Positions 1 to 10,596 are shown, counted from the stretch's first letter. The stretch is DNA of 64,000 nt from a bacterium CG_4_10_14_0_2_um_filter_33_32 (GCA_002792735.1 PFOW01000055.1:273-64272), one strand, 5' to 3'. Program-made: numbers and translations. Notes: generated from the sequence alone by a model not told the origin.

Positions 1-951
1 AATATCCGTAACTTTTGTTGGTGCTTTTCCAGAAATCCAATTTATATTTTCTGCCAATAAAGATTTTCTATATAAATCTTTTTCTTTCCCTACAACCAAT
101 ATATTATCTTTCGAATTGATATCTATAACATACAATGGCTCTTTCGCCGCAATACCAATACCCTTTCTTTGACCTACCGTATAAAAAGCTATTCCATTAT
201 GCTGTCCTAAGATTTCGCCTTTAGCATTAATGATTTTTCCTGCTTTGAATTTTTCCGGTTCAACCTGGCTCTCTAAAAACTGACGATAATCACCGAAGGG
301 AACAAAACAAATTTCCTGGCTCTCCTTCCTATTATATGAAGGAAGATTACTTTCTTTAGCGATCCTTCTTACTTCTTCTTTTCTATAACCACCTATAGGA
401 AGTAAAAAATGCTTTAATACTTTCTGTATAGCTGTATATAAAAAGTAACTCTGATCTTTATTACTATCAGTACCTTTTAAAAGCCTAAACATTTTTTCTT
501 TTTTACCATTTATTAATCTTTCATAACTGTCCACTCTTGCATAATGACCAGTTGCAAAATAATCTGCTTCAAATATATCAATGGCTTTATGGAATAAAGC
601 ACTGAATTTTATTTTTTGCCCACATACAATACATGGATTAGGTGTTCTACCAGATAAATATTCATCTATAAAATAATCAACAATATTCTTTTTGAAAAAA
701 TCCCTTAAATCCAACACATGAAAAAGAATTTTTAGTTTATTAGCAGTTTCAAGAGCAACCTGCATTGCCTCTGCAGAACAACAAAGATTTTCAAAAGCGC
801 AAAAAGGTACATTCTTCGGCTGATCCGAAGACCAAAAGCGCATAAAAACACCGATAACATCATACCCTTGCTCTTTGAGTAAAAATGCGGCCACAGATGA
901 ATCAACTCCACCGCTCATAGCTACAACCACCTTTTGTCTTTTACTTTTCAT
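1..951 (-). CDS. mnmA: tRNA-specific 2-thiouridylase MnmA (N-terminal part; C-terminus runs off window start)
   Basis: Reverse-strand translation from the ATG at 951-949 gives MKSKRQKVVVAMSGGVDSSVAAFLLKEQGYDVIGVFMRFW. This carries the PP-loop SGGxDS motif typical of MnmA/TrmU. Confidence 0.85.
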   Translation of the reverse strand, partial: MKSKRQKVVVAMSGGVDSSVAAFLLKEQGYDVIGVFMRFWSSDQPKNVPFCAFENLCCSAEAMQVALETANKLKILFHVLDLRDFFKKNIVDYFIDEYLSGRTPNPCIVCGQKIKFSALFHKAIDIFEADYFATGHYARVDSYERLINGKKEKMFRLLKGTDSNKDQSYFLYTAIQKVLKHFLLPIGGYRKEEVRRIAKESNLPSYNRKESQEICFVPFGDYRQFLESQVEPEKFKAGKIINAKGEILGQHNGIAFYTVGQRKGIGIAAKEPLYVIDINSKDNILVVGKEKDLYRKSLLAENINWISGKAPTKVTDI

Positions 952-1924
952 ACCCAACCCATCTTTCCTTTGATTGCTTATTGTAAAAATCATCAGATGA
1001 TTTTTTATAGTTTGTTTCCAAGAAAGATAATCTTTTTAATTTTTTACCATCCAACACTAAAGGATCAACAATTCTAATTTTGCTTTTAACTAAATAACTA
1101 TTAGCAATTTCATTTCCTGAAACTATTAATTTTTCTCTTTTCATATTCTTTAACAATTTTAATTTCTTAAAAATATCTTTATTATTTGATTTTTTCAATT
1201 TTTCTAAAAATTTCTTTTCGTTCAAAAATAAATCTTCATGTTGAATAATCTTTTTTTCAAACGCTATCTTTATTACATCAACCATAATAAAATATAGTAA
1301 TTCCTCAAAAGGATTTGCCCAAAATAGCTCATTGATTTTCATATAATTATCAGCAAAAGACAGTGCAATCTTCCTATTTTTAAAAACAATATTTCTATTC
1401 AAAACTATTAAATTATTTAATAAATCTTTGGTATTAAAATTTTTTGCTAAATAAGGGTCTCTTAAAAAATAATCAATCCGATCTGCACATAAATCTGGTA
1501 ACGGCTTTTCCATGATAGGAAAATTGTTGTCATTAAGAACTTTTTTTAAATCTATATGATACTTTTTCAGTATTAGAGGAATATCTGATTTGTTAATTAA
1601 TTCTCTATGATACTTTTTATCATACTCGCTATTTTCCTCTGGAAACAAAAAATCAATTGCATGAGAAAAAACCGTATGTCCTACATCGTACAACAATCCT
1701 GCAACCTGTTCTTCTACAGAAACTGAAAAACGCTTAAGCAAAAGATAAACACCTACACTATGTTCAAATCTAGTAATAATTCTTTTTGTATAATACTTAT
1801 TATAAACACTTGGACCATGCTGGCTTATATTTTTTAATCTTTGAACTGGGTTAGAATTAATTATTTCGATAATAATAGGGTCTGAAATATTAACCTTCCC
1901 ATACACATAATCCCTATAAATCAT
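941..1924 (-). CDS. HD-domain metal-dependent phosphohydrolase
   Basis: 327-aa ORF with H...HD-like signature LLYDVGHTVFSHAIDF. It overlaps the mnmA start by 11 nt. Confidence 0.55.
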   Translation of the reverse strand: MIYRDYVYGKVNISDPIIIEIINSNPVQRLKNISQHGPSVYNKYYTKRIITRFEHSVGVYLLLKRFSVSVEEQVAGLLYDVGHTVFSHAIDFLFPEENSEYDKKYHRELINKSDIPLILKKYHIDLKKVLNDNNFPIMEKPLPDLCADRIDYFLRDPYLAKNFNTKDLLNNLIVLNRNIVFKNRKIALSFADNYMKINELFWANPFEELLYFIMVDVIKIAFEKKIIQHEDLFLNEKKFLEKLKKSNNKDIFKKLKLLKNMKREKLIVSGNEIANSYLVKSKIRIVDPLVLDGKKLKRLSFLETNYKKSSDDFYNKQSKERWVGYEK

Positions 1925-2570
1925 TATTGTTTACTCTTAGTTCTAATTCTTTATTAAGTACTTCCGAAATTAATATTGGATAATCTTTTGATTCATTCTC
2001 TTTAGTATAGCTTACAATTTTTGCCGATGCTTTATCTCTAATATTTATTAGCCAAGGATCATCAGCATTAATGATCACCAGACCATTTTTAGGTACCGCT
2101 TTAATTGCTTTTTCTATTTCTTTTGCTCTTATCTCTAGTTCATCGGACGATGCTTCGAAATCTAAACTTATATTCGTACAAATAAGGTATTTAGGTTGAA
2201 CAATAGTTAAAAGATAATCCATTTCACCCGGGAAAATTGCTCCCAGCTCCAAGATTAATATTTTAGGAAATTTTTTACTAAATAAAGCAATAGATATTCC
2301 TCTTGATAAGATTTTAAACCATGCCCAAAAGGAAGAATTGCCTGATGGTAGATATAGTACGGCAAGCGGAAGGCCAATTTCAGTATTATAACTTCTGGGA
2401 TTAGCTCGACAATCAAATTTTTTAGATAATTTTTCTTTGATTGCTTCCTTGGTTTCCGTTTTTCCTAAATTGCCAACTATACCAATAATCTGCGGCTTAT
2501 GTCTCCAGATGGTTATCCTTGTTAATATTCTTAGAATCCAAGTTACGATTTTCTTAAATACTTTTTTCAT
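1914..2570 (-). CDS. Mur ligase family protein (MurF-like N-terminal/middle region, short, lacks C-terminal domain)
   Basis: IIGIVGNLGKTETKEAI matches the Mur ligase P-loop (I-G-I-T-G-T-N-GKT-T). NTEIGLPLAVL and LVIINADDP resemble MurF blocks. The ORF ends at 218 aa with no C-terminal ligase domain in any frame. Confidence 0.4.
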   Translation of the reverse strand: MKKVFKKIVTWILRILTRITIWRHKPQIIGIVGNLGKTETKEAIKEKLSKKFDCRANPRSYNTEIGLPLAVLYLPSGNSSFWAWFKILSRGISIALFSKKFPKILILELGAIFPGEMDYLLTIVQPKYLICTNISLDFEASSDELEIRAKEIEKAIKAVPKNGLVIINADDPWLINIRDKASAKIVSYTKENESKDYPILISEVLNKELELRVNNNDL

Positions 2571-3723
2571 TGCTGCTCCTTAAAGTATTGTTCTATTCTA
2601 TCGAACGCCTCATTTATTTTTTCTTCAGTTACCCCAAAAGATATTCGTATATGATTTTCACCTATCGGACCAAAAGCGATTCCAGAAACTGTTGCTACCT
2701 TGGCTTTATACAACAAATCCAAAGCAATATCCCTTGAAGAACATTCCTTTAGGATTTTTGGAAAAACAAAATAAGCCGAATTTGGTCTTTTATATGAAAA
2801 ATAATTTGATAATTTATCAAGACGCCTTAAAATCAAGTCCCTTCTTTTTATAAATTCTCTTTTAAACCTCAAGACCTCTTCCTCTGCTAACTCAAAAGCA
2901 GCTATTGCAGCGTATTGAGAAACTACTGGAGCGCAAGTGACAATAGCATCATGAACTTTAATGATTTCGGCTATATTTTCTTTTGACGAATGAACAAACC
3001 CGATTCTCCAACCAGTCATAGCAAAAGCCTTAGAAAAACTAAAAATTCGAACAACCCTATCTTTAATCTCAGGATTCTGTGCTGGTGAATAATACTCTAT
3101 ATCTTCATATATAAAATCTTTATAAACTTCGTCGGTAATGATAAATAAATTAAACTCTTTAGCTAATTCTTCTAATTCTTGAACTTCTTGTTTGCTGTAA
3201 ATTGTGGATGTTGGATTGTTTGGATTACAAAAAAATATTGCTTTTGTTCTAGGAGTTATCTTTTCTTTAAAATAATTTGTATTTATACTCCAAGACTTTT
3301 CTTCATCCAAAGGAACAGATATTGGTATCCCTCCAGCAACTTTTATAGCCTCAGAATACGATACATAAGTTGGAGAAGGAATTAAAACTTCGTCATCTCT
3401 TTCTAATATAGTAAGGAGGGTGGCAGTTATTCCTTCGATAGCTCCAGCCGTTATAATTATTCAGTGCTAGGGCCATAAATCATATTATCTTTTTTAAGCT
3501 TCTCAGAGATTATCTCTCTAAGCTCTGGCAACCCCGGGCAAAGCGAGTATTTAGAAACAAGATTATTGTCTATAGCCCTCTTAGCAAAATTTTTGATCAC
3601 TTCCGGTGTTTCGAACGATGGTATGCCTTGAGCTAATGAAATAGCATTCGGCACTTTAGAAGCTAGGAGTTCTATTTCTTTGATAATTGATAGTCTGATG
3701 TTTTTTGTTTTACTAATATCCAT
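2567..3723 (-). pseudogene. class I/II (aspartate-family) aminotransferase interrupted by a single frameshift near 3450-3462
   Basis: N-terminal ORF 3457..3723 (…LCPGLPELREIISEKLKKDNMIYGPSTE*) and C-terminal ORF 2567..3310 (NPNNPTSTIY…FSFSKAFAMTGWRIGF…). A third-frame stretch ITAGAIEGITATLLTILERDDEVLIPSPTYVSYSEAIKVAGG is continuous with the C-terminal ORF. The N frame stops at TAA 3457-3459 and the C frame opens immediately after a TGA, i.e. a -1/+2 shift. Confidence 0.6.
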
Positions 3724-3780
3724 TAAGGATATTTTACTCTTTCTAACTGATTTTAAAAAGTGCCCGAAGGGCGCTCATCC

Positions 3781-4239
3781 CTACTCTCCCATTATCTGAA
3801 ATAAAACTTCTCTATTTCTTGGCTGATCGAGTTCTAAGAAAAATATTCTCTGCCATTGTCCCAAAACGATTTTTCCATTTTCAATAATTAAGGTAACCGA
3901 TGGATAACCGATAAACATATGCTGAATATGAGAGTGCCCATTCATACATTCTTCCGTATCCGGACTACAAACAAGATTTTCAGTCCTAATCTTTAAATCA
4001 TTATGTCTATAATAATCCTTGCTTGGTGCAAATTTTTCTACAAAATCCTCAAAGTCCTTAAAAAAACAAGATTCTTTCTCATTGATAGTCAAAGTAGCAG
4101 ATGTATGAAGAGAAAAAACAACTAGGACACCGTTTTGAATATTTCCTTCTTCCACAAAATTTTCCGCATCTGAAGTAATATCTTTTATATGAAGTTGTTT
4201 CTCGGTTTTAAATTTTAATCTCGTCGTTATAATTTTCAT
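3781..4239 (-). CDS. YjbQ/UPF0047 family protein (secondary thiamine-phosphate synthase-like)
   Basis: Contains VVFSLHTSATLTINE and IGYPSVTLIIENGKIVLGQWQRIFFLELDQPRNR, characteristic of YjbQ. Confidence 0.7.
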   Translation of the reverse strand: MKIITTRLKFKTEKQLHIKDITSDAENFVEEGNIQNGVLVVFSLHTSATLTINEKESCFFKDFEDFVEKFAPSKDYYRHNDLKIRTENLVCSPDTEECMNGHSHIQHMFIGYPSVTLIIENGKIVLGQWQRIFFLELDQPRNREVLFQIMGE

Positions 4240-4251
4240 TAGACCTCTTTT

Positions 4252-4917
4252 CTAATCATTTTTCAAAGCATAATTTTTAGTAATTGCTAGATACATTACC
4301 CTTACAAATTCAGACATAGTAATATTAACACTTTTTTTATTATCCCACCATTTATCACTATTCCAATTAGAATCAGAAGAAGAATGGTTAATAATGTTAT
4401 AATCTCTTCCCAAAATAAATGAAAAATTCATATAAGCTCTTTTTTGATGATAGGGCGAGGTAACAAGAATGATTTTTTTAAAATTGTTTTTTTCTAGAAT
4501 ATTTTTTGAGAATAATGCGTTTTCATAAGTAGATGTTGATTTCTCCTCAAGTAAAATATTATTTGAAGAAACTCCTTGTTTGATAGCATAATTTTTCATG
4601 CCCTTTGCGTTGGATACGGTTCCACTTTTTGCTGCTCCAGAAAAAAGTAAATAAGAAGCATAGCCTTGTTTAAACAACTTTACGCCTTCAGCAGTTCTCT
4701 CTATTGTTTCTCCTCCTGAAATTACAATTATTACATCAGATTTATCTAAATTATCCTGGGGCGATAAAAACTTTCCAAGGAAAGCCATTGTGAAAATTGC
4801 TAACATAAAAAAGACAAAGAAAAAAATAGCTGTTATGTAAAAAAGTCTTTTTTTAGTTTTTGCTTTCATTTCTATATTCAAATTAATCGGTAAAGTTCTG
4901 AGTAAACATTTTACCAT
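4252..4917 (-). CDS. DUF218 (YdcF/ElyC/SanA-like) membrane-anchored protein
   Basis: N-terminal TM helix followed by DVIIVISGGETIERTAEGVKLFKQGYASYLLFSG. Confidence 0.6.
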   Translation of the reverse strand: MVKCLLRTLPINLNIEMKAKTKKRLFYITAIFFFVFFMLAIFTMAFLGKFLSPQDNLDKSDVIIVISGGETIERTAEGVKLFKQGYASYLLFSGAAKSGTVSNAKGMKNYAIKQGVSSNNILLEEKSTSTYENALFSKNILEKNNFKKIILVTSPYHQKRAYMNFSFILGRDYNIINHSSSDSNWNSDKWWDNKKSVNITMSEFVRVMYLAITKNYALKND

Positions 4918-5839
4918 ATACTCCTCCGTCTAGCACCCCAATGCCGACTTTTCCAAACTCAGGATTTAATATGTTAGCTTTATGCCCTGGGCTATTCATC
5001 AATCCTTTATGCGCTATTTCTACGTTTGCAGCTAAAGCTAAATTTTCTCCTGCTATTATATATTTTATACCAACAGAAGATATTCTATCAAAAGGAGTTT
5101 TACCTTCTACATTATTATGGGCAAAATATCCCCTTGCAAACATATCCTTAGAATGTTCTCTTGCAACTTTCCTAAGTTGTTCATCCATAATTAATGGTTT
5201 AAAACCATGTCTTGCTCTTTCATTATTTACAAATTCCAACATTTGTTCCTCGCTTTGCGTGTCAATACTAACTTCATTTGTCTTAAATTTAAGATCAACT
5301 GATTCTTCGGTGTCCGGTTTTATAGTTAAAAGAGTAAATGTTTCGTTTATGGCACTACCTAACGATGGCTCTAATCTTCTCTCGACATCAGAAACAACAG
5401 CTACTAGTGGCTTACCTATGCTAGATTGAAAAATCTTTTCTTTGATATTACCTGAGGTGGGTAAAGCAATCAAAATTGTTAAAATCATAGCTATCCAGAA
5501 AATACCTTTTATCAAACCAGGAAAAATACCAAAATATTTATTAATATTAAATCTTTTAATTTTATCCGGCACTTTAAGATTAATCAAATATTCGAAAACG
5601 GAAAAAATTATCTTGAAAAGCATGAGCAATATCAAAAAAGACATTACTTTTAAAAGATTTGGCGGTAAAGAAATAATAGATTGCAACAATTGCGAAAATC
5701 TTGAATTTAGTAAAAAGGAAAATAATAAAGAAAAAGATAAGAAAAAAAACTCACTAAATATTTTTATAAATCCCCCAAAATATCCAAGTACTCCGAAAGC
5801 AATTAAAATTAATATTATAAAAATATCTATGTAATTCAT
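4883..5839 (-). CDS. CvpA-like membrane protein fused to a CAP/SCP (PR-1-like) extracellular domain
   Basis: N-terminus has several TM helices (MNYIDIFIILILIAFGVLGYFGG...). C-terminus has the CAP-domain signature HKGLMNSPGHKANILNPEFGKVGIGV. Confidence 0.55.
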   Translation of the reverse strand: MNYIDIFIILILIAFGVLGYFGGFIKIFSEFFFLSFSLLFSFLLNSRFSQLLQSIISLPPNLLKVMSFLILLMLFKIIFSVFEYLINLKVPDKIKRFNINKYFGIFPGLIKGIFWIAMILTILIALPTSGNIKEKIFQSSIGKPLVAVVSDVERRLEPSLGSAINETFTLLTIKPDTEESVDLKFKTNEVSIDTQSEEQMLEFVNNERARHGFKPLIMDEQLRKVAREHSKDMFARGYFAHNNVEGKTPFDRISSVGIKYIIAGENLALAANVEIAHKGLMNSPGHKANILNPEFGKVGIGVLDGGVYGKMFTQNFTD

Positions 5840-5840
5840 A

Positions 5841-8609
5841 TTAAGAAATATTTTCCCTTTTTAATTGTGGTATTATTTTTACACGGTTAGTAAAAAAATG
5901 TTTTATCTTAACAGATATTAAAGCCGCTAATCCAACAGATAGGGCAGAAATTATTTCTATAATGCCTAATGAACGAGTTTCTAAAAAGTTTTGGAAAAAA
6001 GGTATATATAAAAAAGAACTAAGCATCACCATTGAACAAAAACAAGCCCCTATTAAGTACCAATTAGTAAATAATGATTTTAATATTGATTGACGTCCAG
6101 AATGGGTATCAAATACATTAACTATCTGAGAAAATACCAAAGATGCATATGTTACACTCGTTGCTTTAAAATACAAAGATCCTGTCCAATCTTGTCCCCA
6201 AACCCAACCGTCTCTTAAAACAGTAATCGTAAAAGCTACGGCTGCACCAACGCCCATAACTATACCTATATAGAAAAAGCCAAGAATCATTTTTTTATTT
6301 AACAGCCTTTCTTTCTGATTTCTGGGAGGTCTATTCATAACATCTTCATCTTTCTGGTCAACGGCTAAGGCAAGAGAAGGTAAAACATCTGTGCCTAAAT
6401 CTACTGCTAATATTTGAATGGCCAAAATTGGCATAGGTACTCCTAGAATAATGCCAGCAACGACAGAAAAAAGCTCTCCAACATTAGAAGAAAAAATATA
6501 ATGAACAAATTTCTTTAAATTATCATAAACAATTCTTCCTTCCTCTACTGCCGCTACAATTGTTTTAAAATTATCATCCAATAGAATAACCTCAGAAGCT
6601 TCTTTTGACACATCGGTTCCCGCAATCCCCATAGCTACCCCGATATCCGCTTTTTTCAGTGCTGGAGCATCATTAACACCATCACCAGTAACGGCCACAA
6701 TTTGGCCTTGCTCCTGCAAAACATTAACTATTCTAATTTTTTGCTCAGGAGCTGTTCTAGCAAAAACTACGTCTTTACTTTTTAATATTGTAGATAGTTC
6801 TGTATCTTCCATTTTCAAAAGCTCAGTTCCAGAAATAACTGAGTAATTATCTTTTACAATACCCACCCTGCTAGCTACAGCGCTTGCCGTTAAACCATAA
6901 TCGCCGGTAATCATTATTACTTTTATTCCTGCCTTTTGAGCAATAGAGACTGCTTCAGCCACTCCTTCTTTTGGAGGATCAATCATAGCAATAAGACCTA
7001 AAAATGTAAGATTATTTTCTATGTTCGATTCACAAAGATTATTTCGATCATTAACTGATTTATATGCTATTGCTAAAACTCTTAATCCTTTCTTAGCATA
7101 TTCATCAACATGATCCATTATTTTACGCTTATATTCATCAATAGATTTTACTTCTTTTCCAATTTGTATAGAGGGGCAACAATCTAAAACTTCATTAGGC
7201 GCTCCCTTACAATAGGCGAACAATCCTTTTTTATTTTCGACAACTACTGTCATTATTTTTCTTTCTGAAGTAAAAGGTATTTCGAATATCTCTTTATTCT
7301 TTATCTCTAAGCCCTTTTTTGAAATACCTGCTTTCTCTGCTAAAACAATGATTGATCCTTCGGTAGGATCACCTAGTATTTTCCATTGTTCTTCTTTATC
7401 TAACGGTGGAATAAGTTTAGCGTTAGTACAAAGAATGCCAGCTTCCAATAATGTGATCAATGTTTCGGGTAGAATTCTAATTTTAGCTTCTCCCTCAATA
7501 AAATCGCCGACCGGCTCATAACCAATCCCCTTTATATGAAAATGTCTAAAGTCAGCTAGAACTTCTTTGACTGTCATTTCGTTCTTAGTTATTGTTCCGG
7601 TCTTATCAGAGCAAATTACAGTTGCAGATCCCAACGTCTCAACGGCGGATAATTTTTTTACAAGAGCTTTTCTTTTTGCCATTCTTTTTACAGCTAAGGC
7701 TAAAGCAACAGATACTGTTGCCGGCAATCCTTCTGGTACCATAGCAACTGCTAAACTTAAAGCAAACACCAAGCTAAATGAAAAAGATTTCTGAAGAAAA
7801 ATATTGATCAAGAAAATAATTATTCCAATAATAATCGTAATTCTCGCCACTTTTGTTGCTGATTTTGACAGTTCTTTTTGTAGAGGACTTTTTTCATCTT
7901 CAATCTGTTGCGTGACACAAGCAATCTTACCAAATTCAGTATTCATACCAGTGGCTATCACAATAGCTTTTGCGTTACCGCTTGCCACTGAAGTACCCGC
8001 AAAAACCATATTATCTATATCAGTAAGACCGACTTCTTTCTTAATAATTTGAGAAAACTTCTCTTGAGGGACTGATTCTCCTGTTAAAGTAAAGTCATTA
8101 GTATTTAGTTCATTTTCTTCAACAATACGAGCATCGGCCGGAATATCGTCTCCTTCATCCAAAATTAATACATCCCCTGGTATGATTTCACTGGCCAAAA
8201 CTTCGCTTTCCTTACCTTCCCTTAGAACAACTGCCTTTTTAGGAAGCACTTTTTGCAATGTCTCAATAATTTTCTCAGCTCGATACTCCTGGATAAAACC
8301 AATAGTTGAGTTAAGAAAAATAATACCTAAAATTACTAAGGCGTCACGAGGACCAGTATCTCCACCAAAAACAAAAGATACCAACGCAGCACCTAACAAT
8401 AGCATCGCAAAAATATCAAAAAAATAAGATAAGAACTTTATAATAACAGGCGCTTTTTTCTCTTTACTTATAGCATTCTCACCATATTTTTCCTGTCTTC
8501 TTTTTGCTTCGTTGCCGCCTAAACCGTAAGTGATAGATGTTCTAAGTTCATCTGCAATATCTTTTGCAGTTCTTTGATAATAGTGCATAATGTGAATATT
8601 ATTTAACAA
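5841..8609 (-). CDS. cation-transporting P-type ATPase (type II, Ca2+/Mg2+-like)
   Basis: 922 aa with ICSDKTGTITKNEMTV (DKTGT phosphorylation site), TGDGVNDAPALKKADIGVAMG and 8-10 TM helices. Confidence 0.9.
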   Translation of the reverse strand: MLNNIHIMHYYQRTAKDIADELRTSITYGLGGNEAKRRQEKYGENAISKEKKAPVIIKFLSYFFDIFAMLLLGAALVSFVFGGDTGPRDALVILGIIFLNSTIGFIQEYRAEKIIETLQKVLPKKAVVLREGKESEVLASEIIPGDVLILDEGDDIPADARIVEENELNTNDFTLTGESVPQEKFSQIIKKEVGLTDIDNMVFAGTSVASGNAKAIVIATGMNTEFGKIACVTQQIEDEKSPLQKELSKSATKVARITIIIGIIIFLINIFLQKSFSFSLVFALSLAVAMVPEGLPATVSVALALAVKRMAKRKALVKKLSAVETLGSATVICSDKTGTITKNEMTVKEVLADFRHFHIKGIGYEPVGDFIEGEAKIRILPETLITLLEAGILCTNAKLIPPLDKEEQWKILGDPTEGSIIVLAEKAGISKKGLEIKNKEIFEIPFTSERKIMTVVVENKKGLFAYCKGAPNEVLDCCPSIQIGKEVKSIDEYKRKIMDHVDEYAKKGLRVLAIAYKSVNDRNNLCESNIENNLTFLGLIAMIDPPKEGVAEAVSIAQKAGIKVIMITGDYGLTASAVASRVGIVKDNYSVISGTELLKMEDTELSTILKSKDVVFARTAPEQKIRIVNVLQEQGQIVAVTGDGVNDAPALKKADIGVAMGIAGTDVSKEASEVILLDDNFKTIVAAVEEGRIVYDNLKKFVHYIFSSNVGELFSVVAGIILGVPMPILAIQILAVDLGTDVLPSLALAVDQKDEDVMNRPPRNQKERLLNKKMILGFFYIGIVMGVGAAVAFTITVLRDGWVWGQDWTGSLYFKATSVTYASLVFSQIVNVFDTHSGRQSILKSLFTNWYLIGACFCSMVMLSSFLYIPFFQNFLETRSLGIIEIISALSVGLAALISVKIKHFFTNRVKIIPQLKRENIS

Positions 8610-8658
8610 ATATATTATACAGGAAATAAAGAACTAATCTAGAAATTTAGATACTTAA

Positions 8659-8979
8659 TTATTTATCTTTTTTGAAATAATAAGCAAAAATTGCGGCAAT
8701 AATAATACTAAATAGAGGTATGATCAAAACGGATATTGCTACTAATTTTGTATCATCAATAACTATAAATTTTGAGGAAAGGATAAGAATAATAGCAAAA
8801 AATAATAATATTCCGGCAACAATCCATCTAAATAAACTATCTGAAAAAATACTTCTAGTTAAATAACCCCAATTATACCTATTAGCTAAAAAATATAACA
8901 TCATTGCTGCAGAAATAACTAAAATAACCATAACTGCTATTAATATATTCAAATCGGTTTTACTTATTAAATTTATCAT
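8659..8979 (-). CDS. hypothetical small integral membrane protein
   Basis: 106-aa ORF with three hydrophobic helices and no recognisable motif. Confidence 0.35.
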   Translation of the reverse strand: MINLISKTDLNILIAVMVILVISAAMMLYFLANRYNWGYLTRSIFSDSLFRWIVAGILLFFAIILILSSKFIVIDDTKLVAISVLIIPLFSIIIAAIFAYYFKKDK

Positions 8980-8982
8980 TTC

Positions 8983-9378
8983 TTAATTTTTCTTATTTTT
9001 ATAATCATCTATTGCTTTTTTTAAAGCATCTGCGGATAAATTTGAGCAATGTTCTTTTACGGGCGGTAAACCACCGAGCTCTCCAGAAACATCTTTTCTT
9101 TCAATATTATAAGCTTCTTTTAAGCTTTTACCTTTCGCCATTTCAGTTATCATTGAGCTTGTAGCAATGGCGGCAGCACAGCCAAAAGTTTTAAATTTTA
9201 TATCCTCAATGTATTCGTCGCTGTCTCTTTCGCCTACCTTAATTGTAAGAAGCATGATGTCCCCACAAGTCGGATTGCCTACTCTTCCTAAGCCATCGGG
9301 ATTTTTAATTTCTCCGATGTTGCGAGGATTTTGGAAATGATCCATTACTTTTTCTGAATATGGTGAAAATTCTGACAT
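8983..9378 (-). CDS. iscU: Fe-S cluster assembly scaffold protein NifU/IscU
   Basis: Contains GNPTCGDIMLLTIKV and FKTFGCAAAIATSSMITEM, the three conserved Cys of U-type scaffolds. Confidence 0.85.
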   Translation of the reverse strand: MSEFSPYSEKVMDHFQNPRNIGEIKNPDGLGRVGNPTCGDIMLLTIKVGERDSDEYIEDIKFKTFGCAAAIATSSMITEMAKGKSLKEAYNIERKDVSGELGGLPPVKEHCSNLSADALKKAIDDYKNKKN

Positions 9379-9391
9379 ATAAACTCCTTTT

Positions 9392-10594
9392 TTAGTCGTT
9401 TTCTAAAACTCCTGAACTAATACCTCGAAGATCATCAATAATATCCGGCAAAATTTTAACAAAAGCATTAACATCATCTTCGGTAGTATACTGACCCATC
9501 GATATCCTTATAGAACTATGAGTCATTTCTGGCTTTAACCCAACAGCCGTTAATACATGAGAAGGTTGTAATGAACCTGAAGCGCAAGCGGATCCAGTAG
9601 AAACATAGAATCCTTTTGTATTAAGTTTTAGAAGCAATGATTCTCCCTCAACATTCTTAAAAACAAAACTGGCAATATGAGGAAGACGTTTTTCGTTATC
9701 TCCTGTTAATACCGAACCCGGGATATTCAAAACCTGCTCTATCAATTTGTCTCTAAGTAAACGCAATCTTTCAACTTCCTTAGTCTTCTTTCCAATAGCT
9801 AATTCTAAAGCCTTTGCCATGCCAACTATGTTTGCAACATTTTCAGTGCCGGCCCTTCTATGTTTTTCTTGCCCCCCGCCATTCTGCTGAGGTAAAAAAA
9901 TTGAACCTCTTTTTACATATAATACCCCAACACCTTTGGGAGCATAAAATTTATGTCCAGTAATACTTAAAAAATTAATGCCAAGTTTATCAACTCTGGA
10001 ATCTAAATACTGCACACCCTGAACCGCATCGGTATGGAAATAAACCGGGGGTAAATTTTTAGCTTCACGAATCTTGTTTATATCTTTTATTATATAAGCT
10101 ATCTCTTCAATCGGCTCTATTGTACCTATTTCATTATTTGCATACATGATTGATACCAAAACAGTAGAATCTTTTATAGATTTTTTCACATCCTCCGGAT
10201 CAATAATTCCTGCAGTAGAAACAGGCAATTCAGTCACATCAGCATTAAAATTATCTTTTAGATATTTAATTGTATCTAAAACTGAATGATGCTCTATAGG
10301 AGAAGTAATTATATGATTACCTTGATTTTTTAAATACCGTGAAAAATAAACGCCTTTAATCGCTAGATTGTTAGATTCGGTAGCACAGGAGGTAAAAATT
10401 ATTTCAGATGTATCTGAACCTAAGATATTAGCTATTTTCTCCCGTGCTCCCTCGATTGCTAACCGTGCTTCTTGCCCCTTGTTATAGATGCTTGAAGGAT
10501 TACCATATTTATCCCTAAGATATGGTTCCATTTCCTTAAAAACTTGGCTGTCTACCGGCGTTGTAGCCGCATAATCAAAATAGTATTCTTTCAT
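9392..10594 (-). CDS. iscS: cysteine desulfurase (NifS/IscS)
   Basis: 400 aa. SITGHKFYAPKGVGVLYV carries the PLP-lysine motif and the C-terminal region has SACASGS with the active-site Cys. Confidence 0.85.
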   Translation of the reverse strand: MKEYYFDYAATTPVDSQVFKEMEPYLRDKYGNPSSIYNKGQEARLAIEGAREKIANILGSDTSEIIFTSCATESNNLAIKGVYFSRYLKNQGNHIITSPIEHHSVLDTIKYLKDNFNADVTELPVSTAGIIDPEDVKKSIKDSTVLVSIMYANNEIGTIEPIEEIAYIIKDINKIREAKNLPPVYFHTDAVQGVQYLDSRVDKLGINFLSITGHKFYAPKGVGVLYVKRGSIFLPQQNGGGQEKHRRAGTENVANIVGMAKALELAIGKKTKEVERLRLLRDKLIEQVLNIPGSVLTGDNEKRLPHIASFVFKNVEGESLLLKLNTKGFYVSTGSACASGSLQPSHVLTAVGLKPEMTHSSIRISMGQYTTEDDVNAFVKILPDIIDDLRGISSGVLEND

Positions 10595-10596
10595 AT

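Noticed and set aside
3179-3385. Plus-strand 68-aa ORF
   Set aside because: It lies entirely antisense to the conserved aminotransferase coding sequence, has low-complexity composition and no motif. It is most likely spurious.
4941-5834. Plus-strand ORFs of 162 aa and 130 aa
   Set aside because: They are antisense to the CvpA/CAP gene, which has clear domain signatures on the minus strand. Their composition is typical of shadow ORFs in AT-rich DNA.
7567-8427. Three plus-strand ORFs (75-82 aa) inside the P-type ATPase gene
   Set aside because: They are shadow ORFs opposite a strongly supported 922-aa ATPase.
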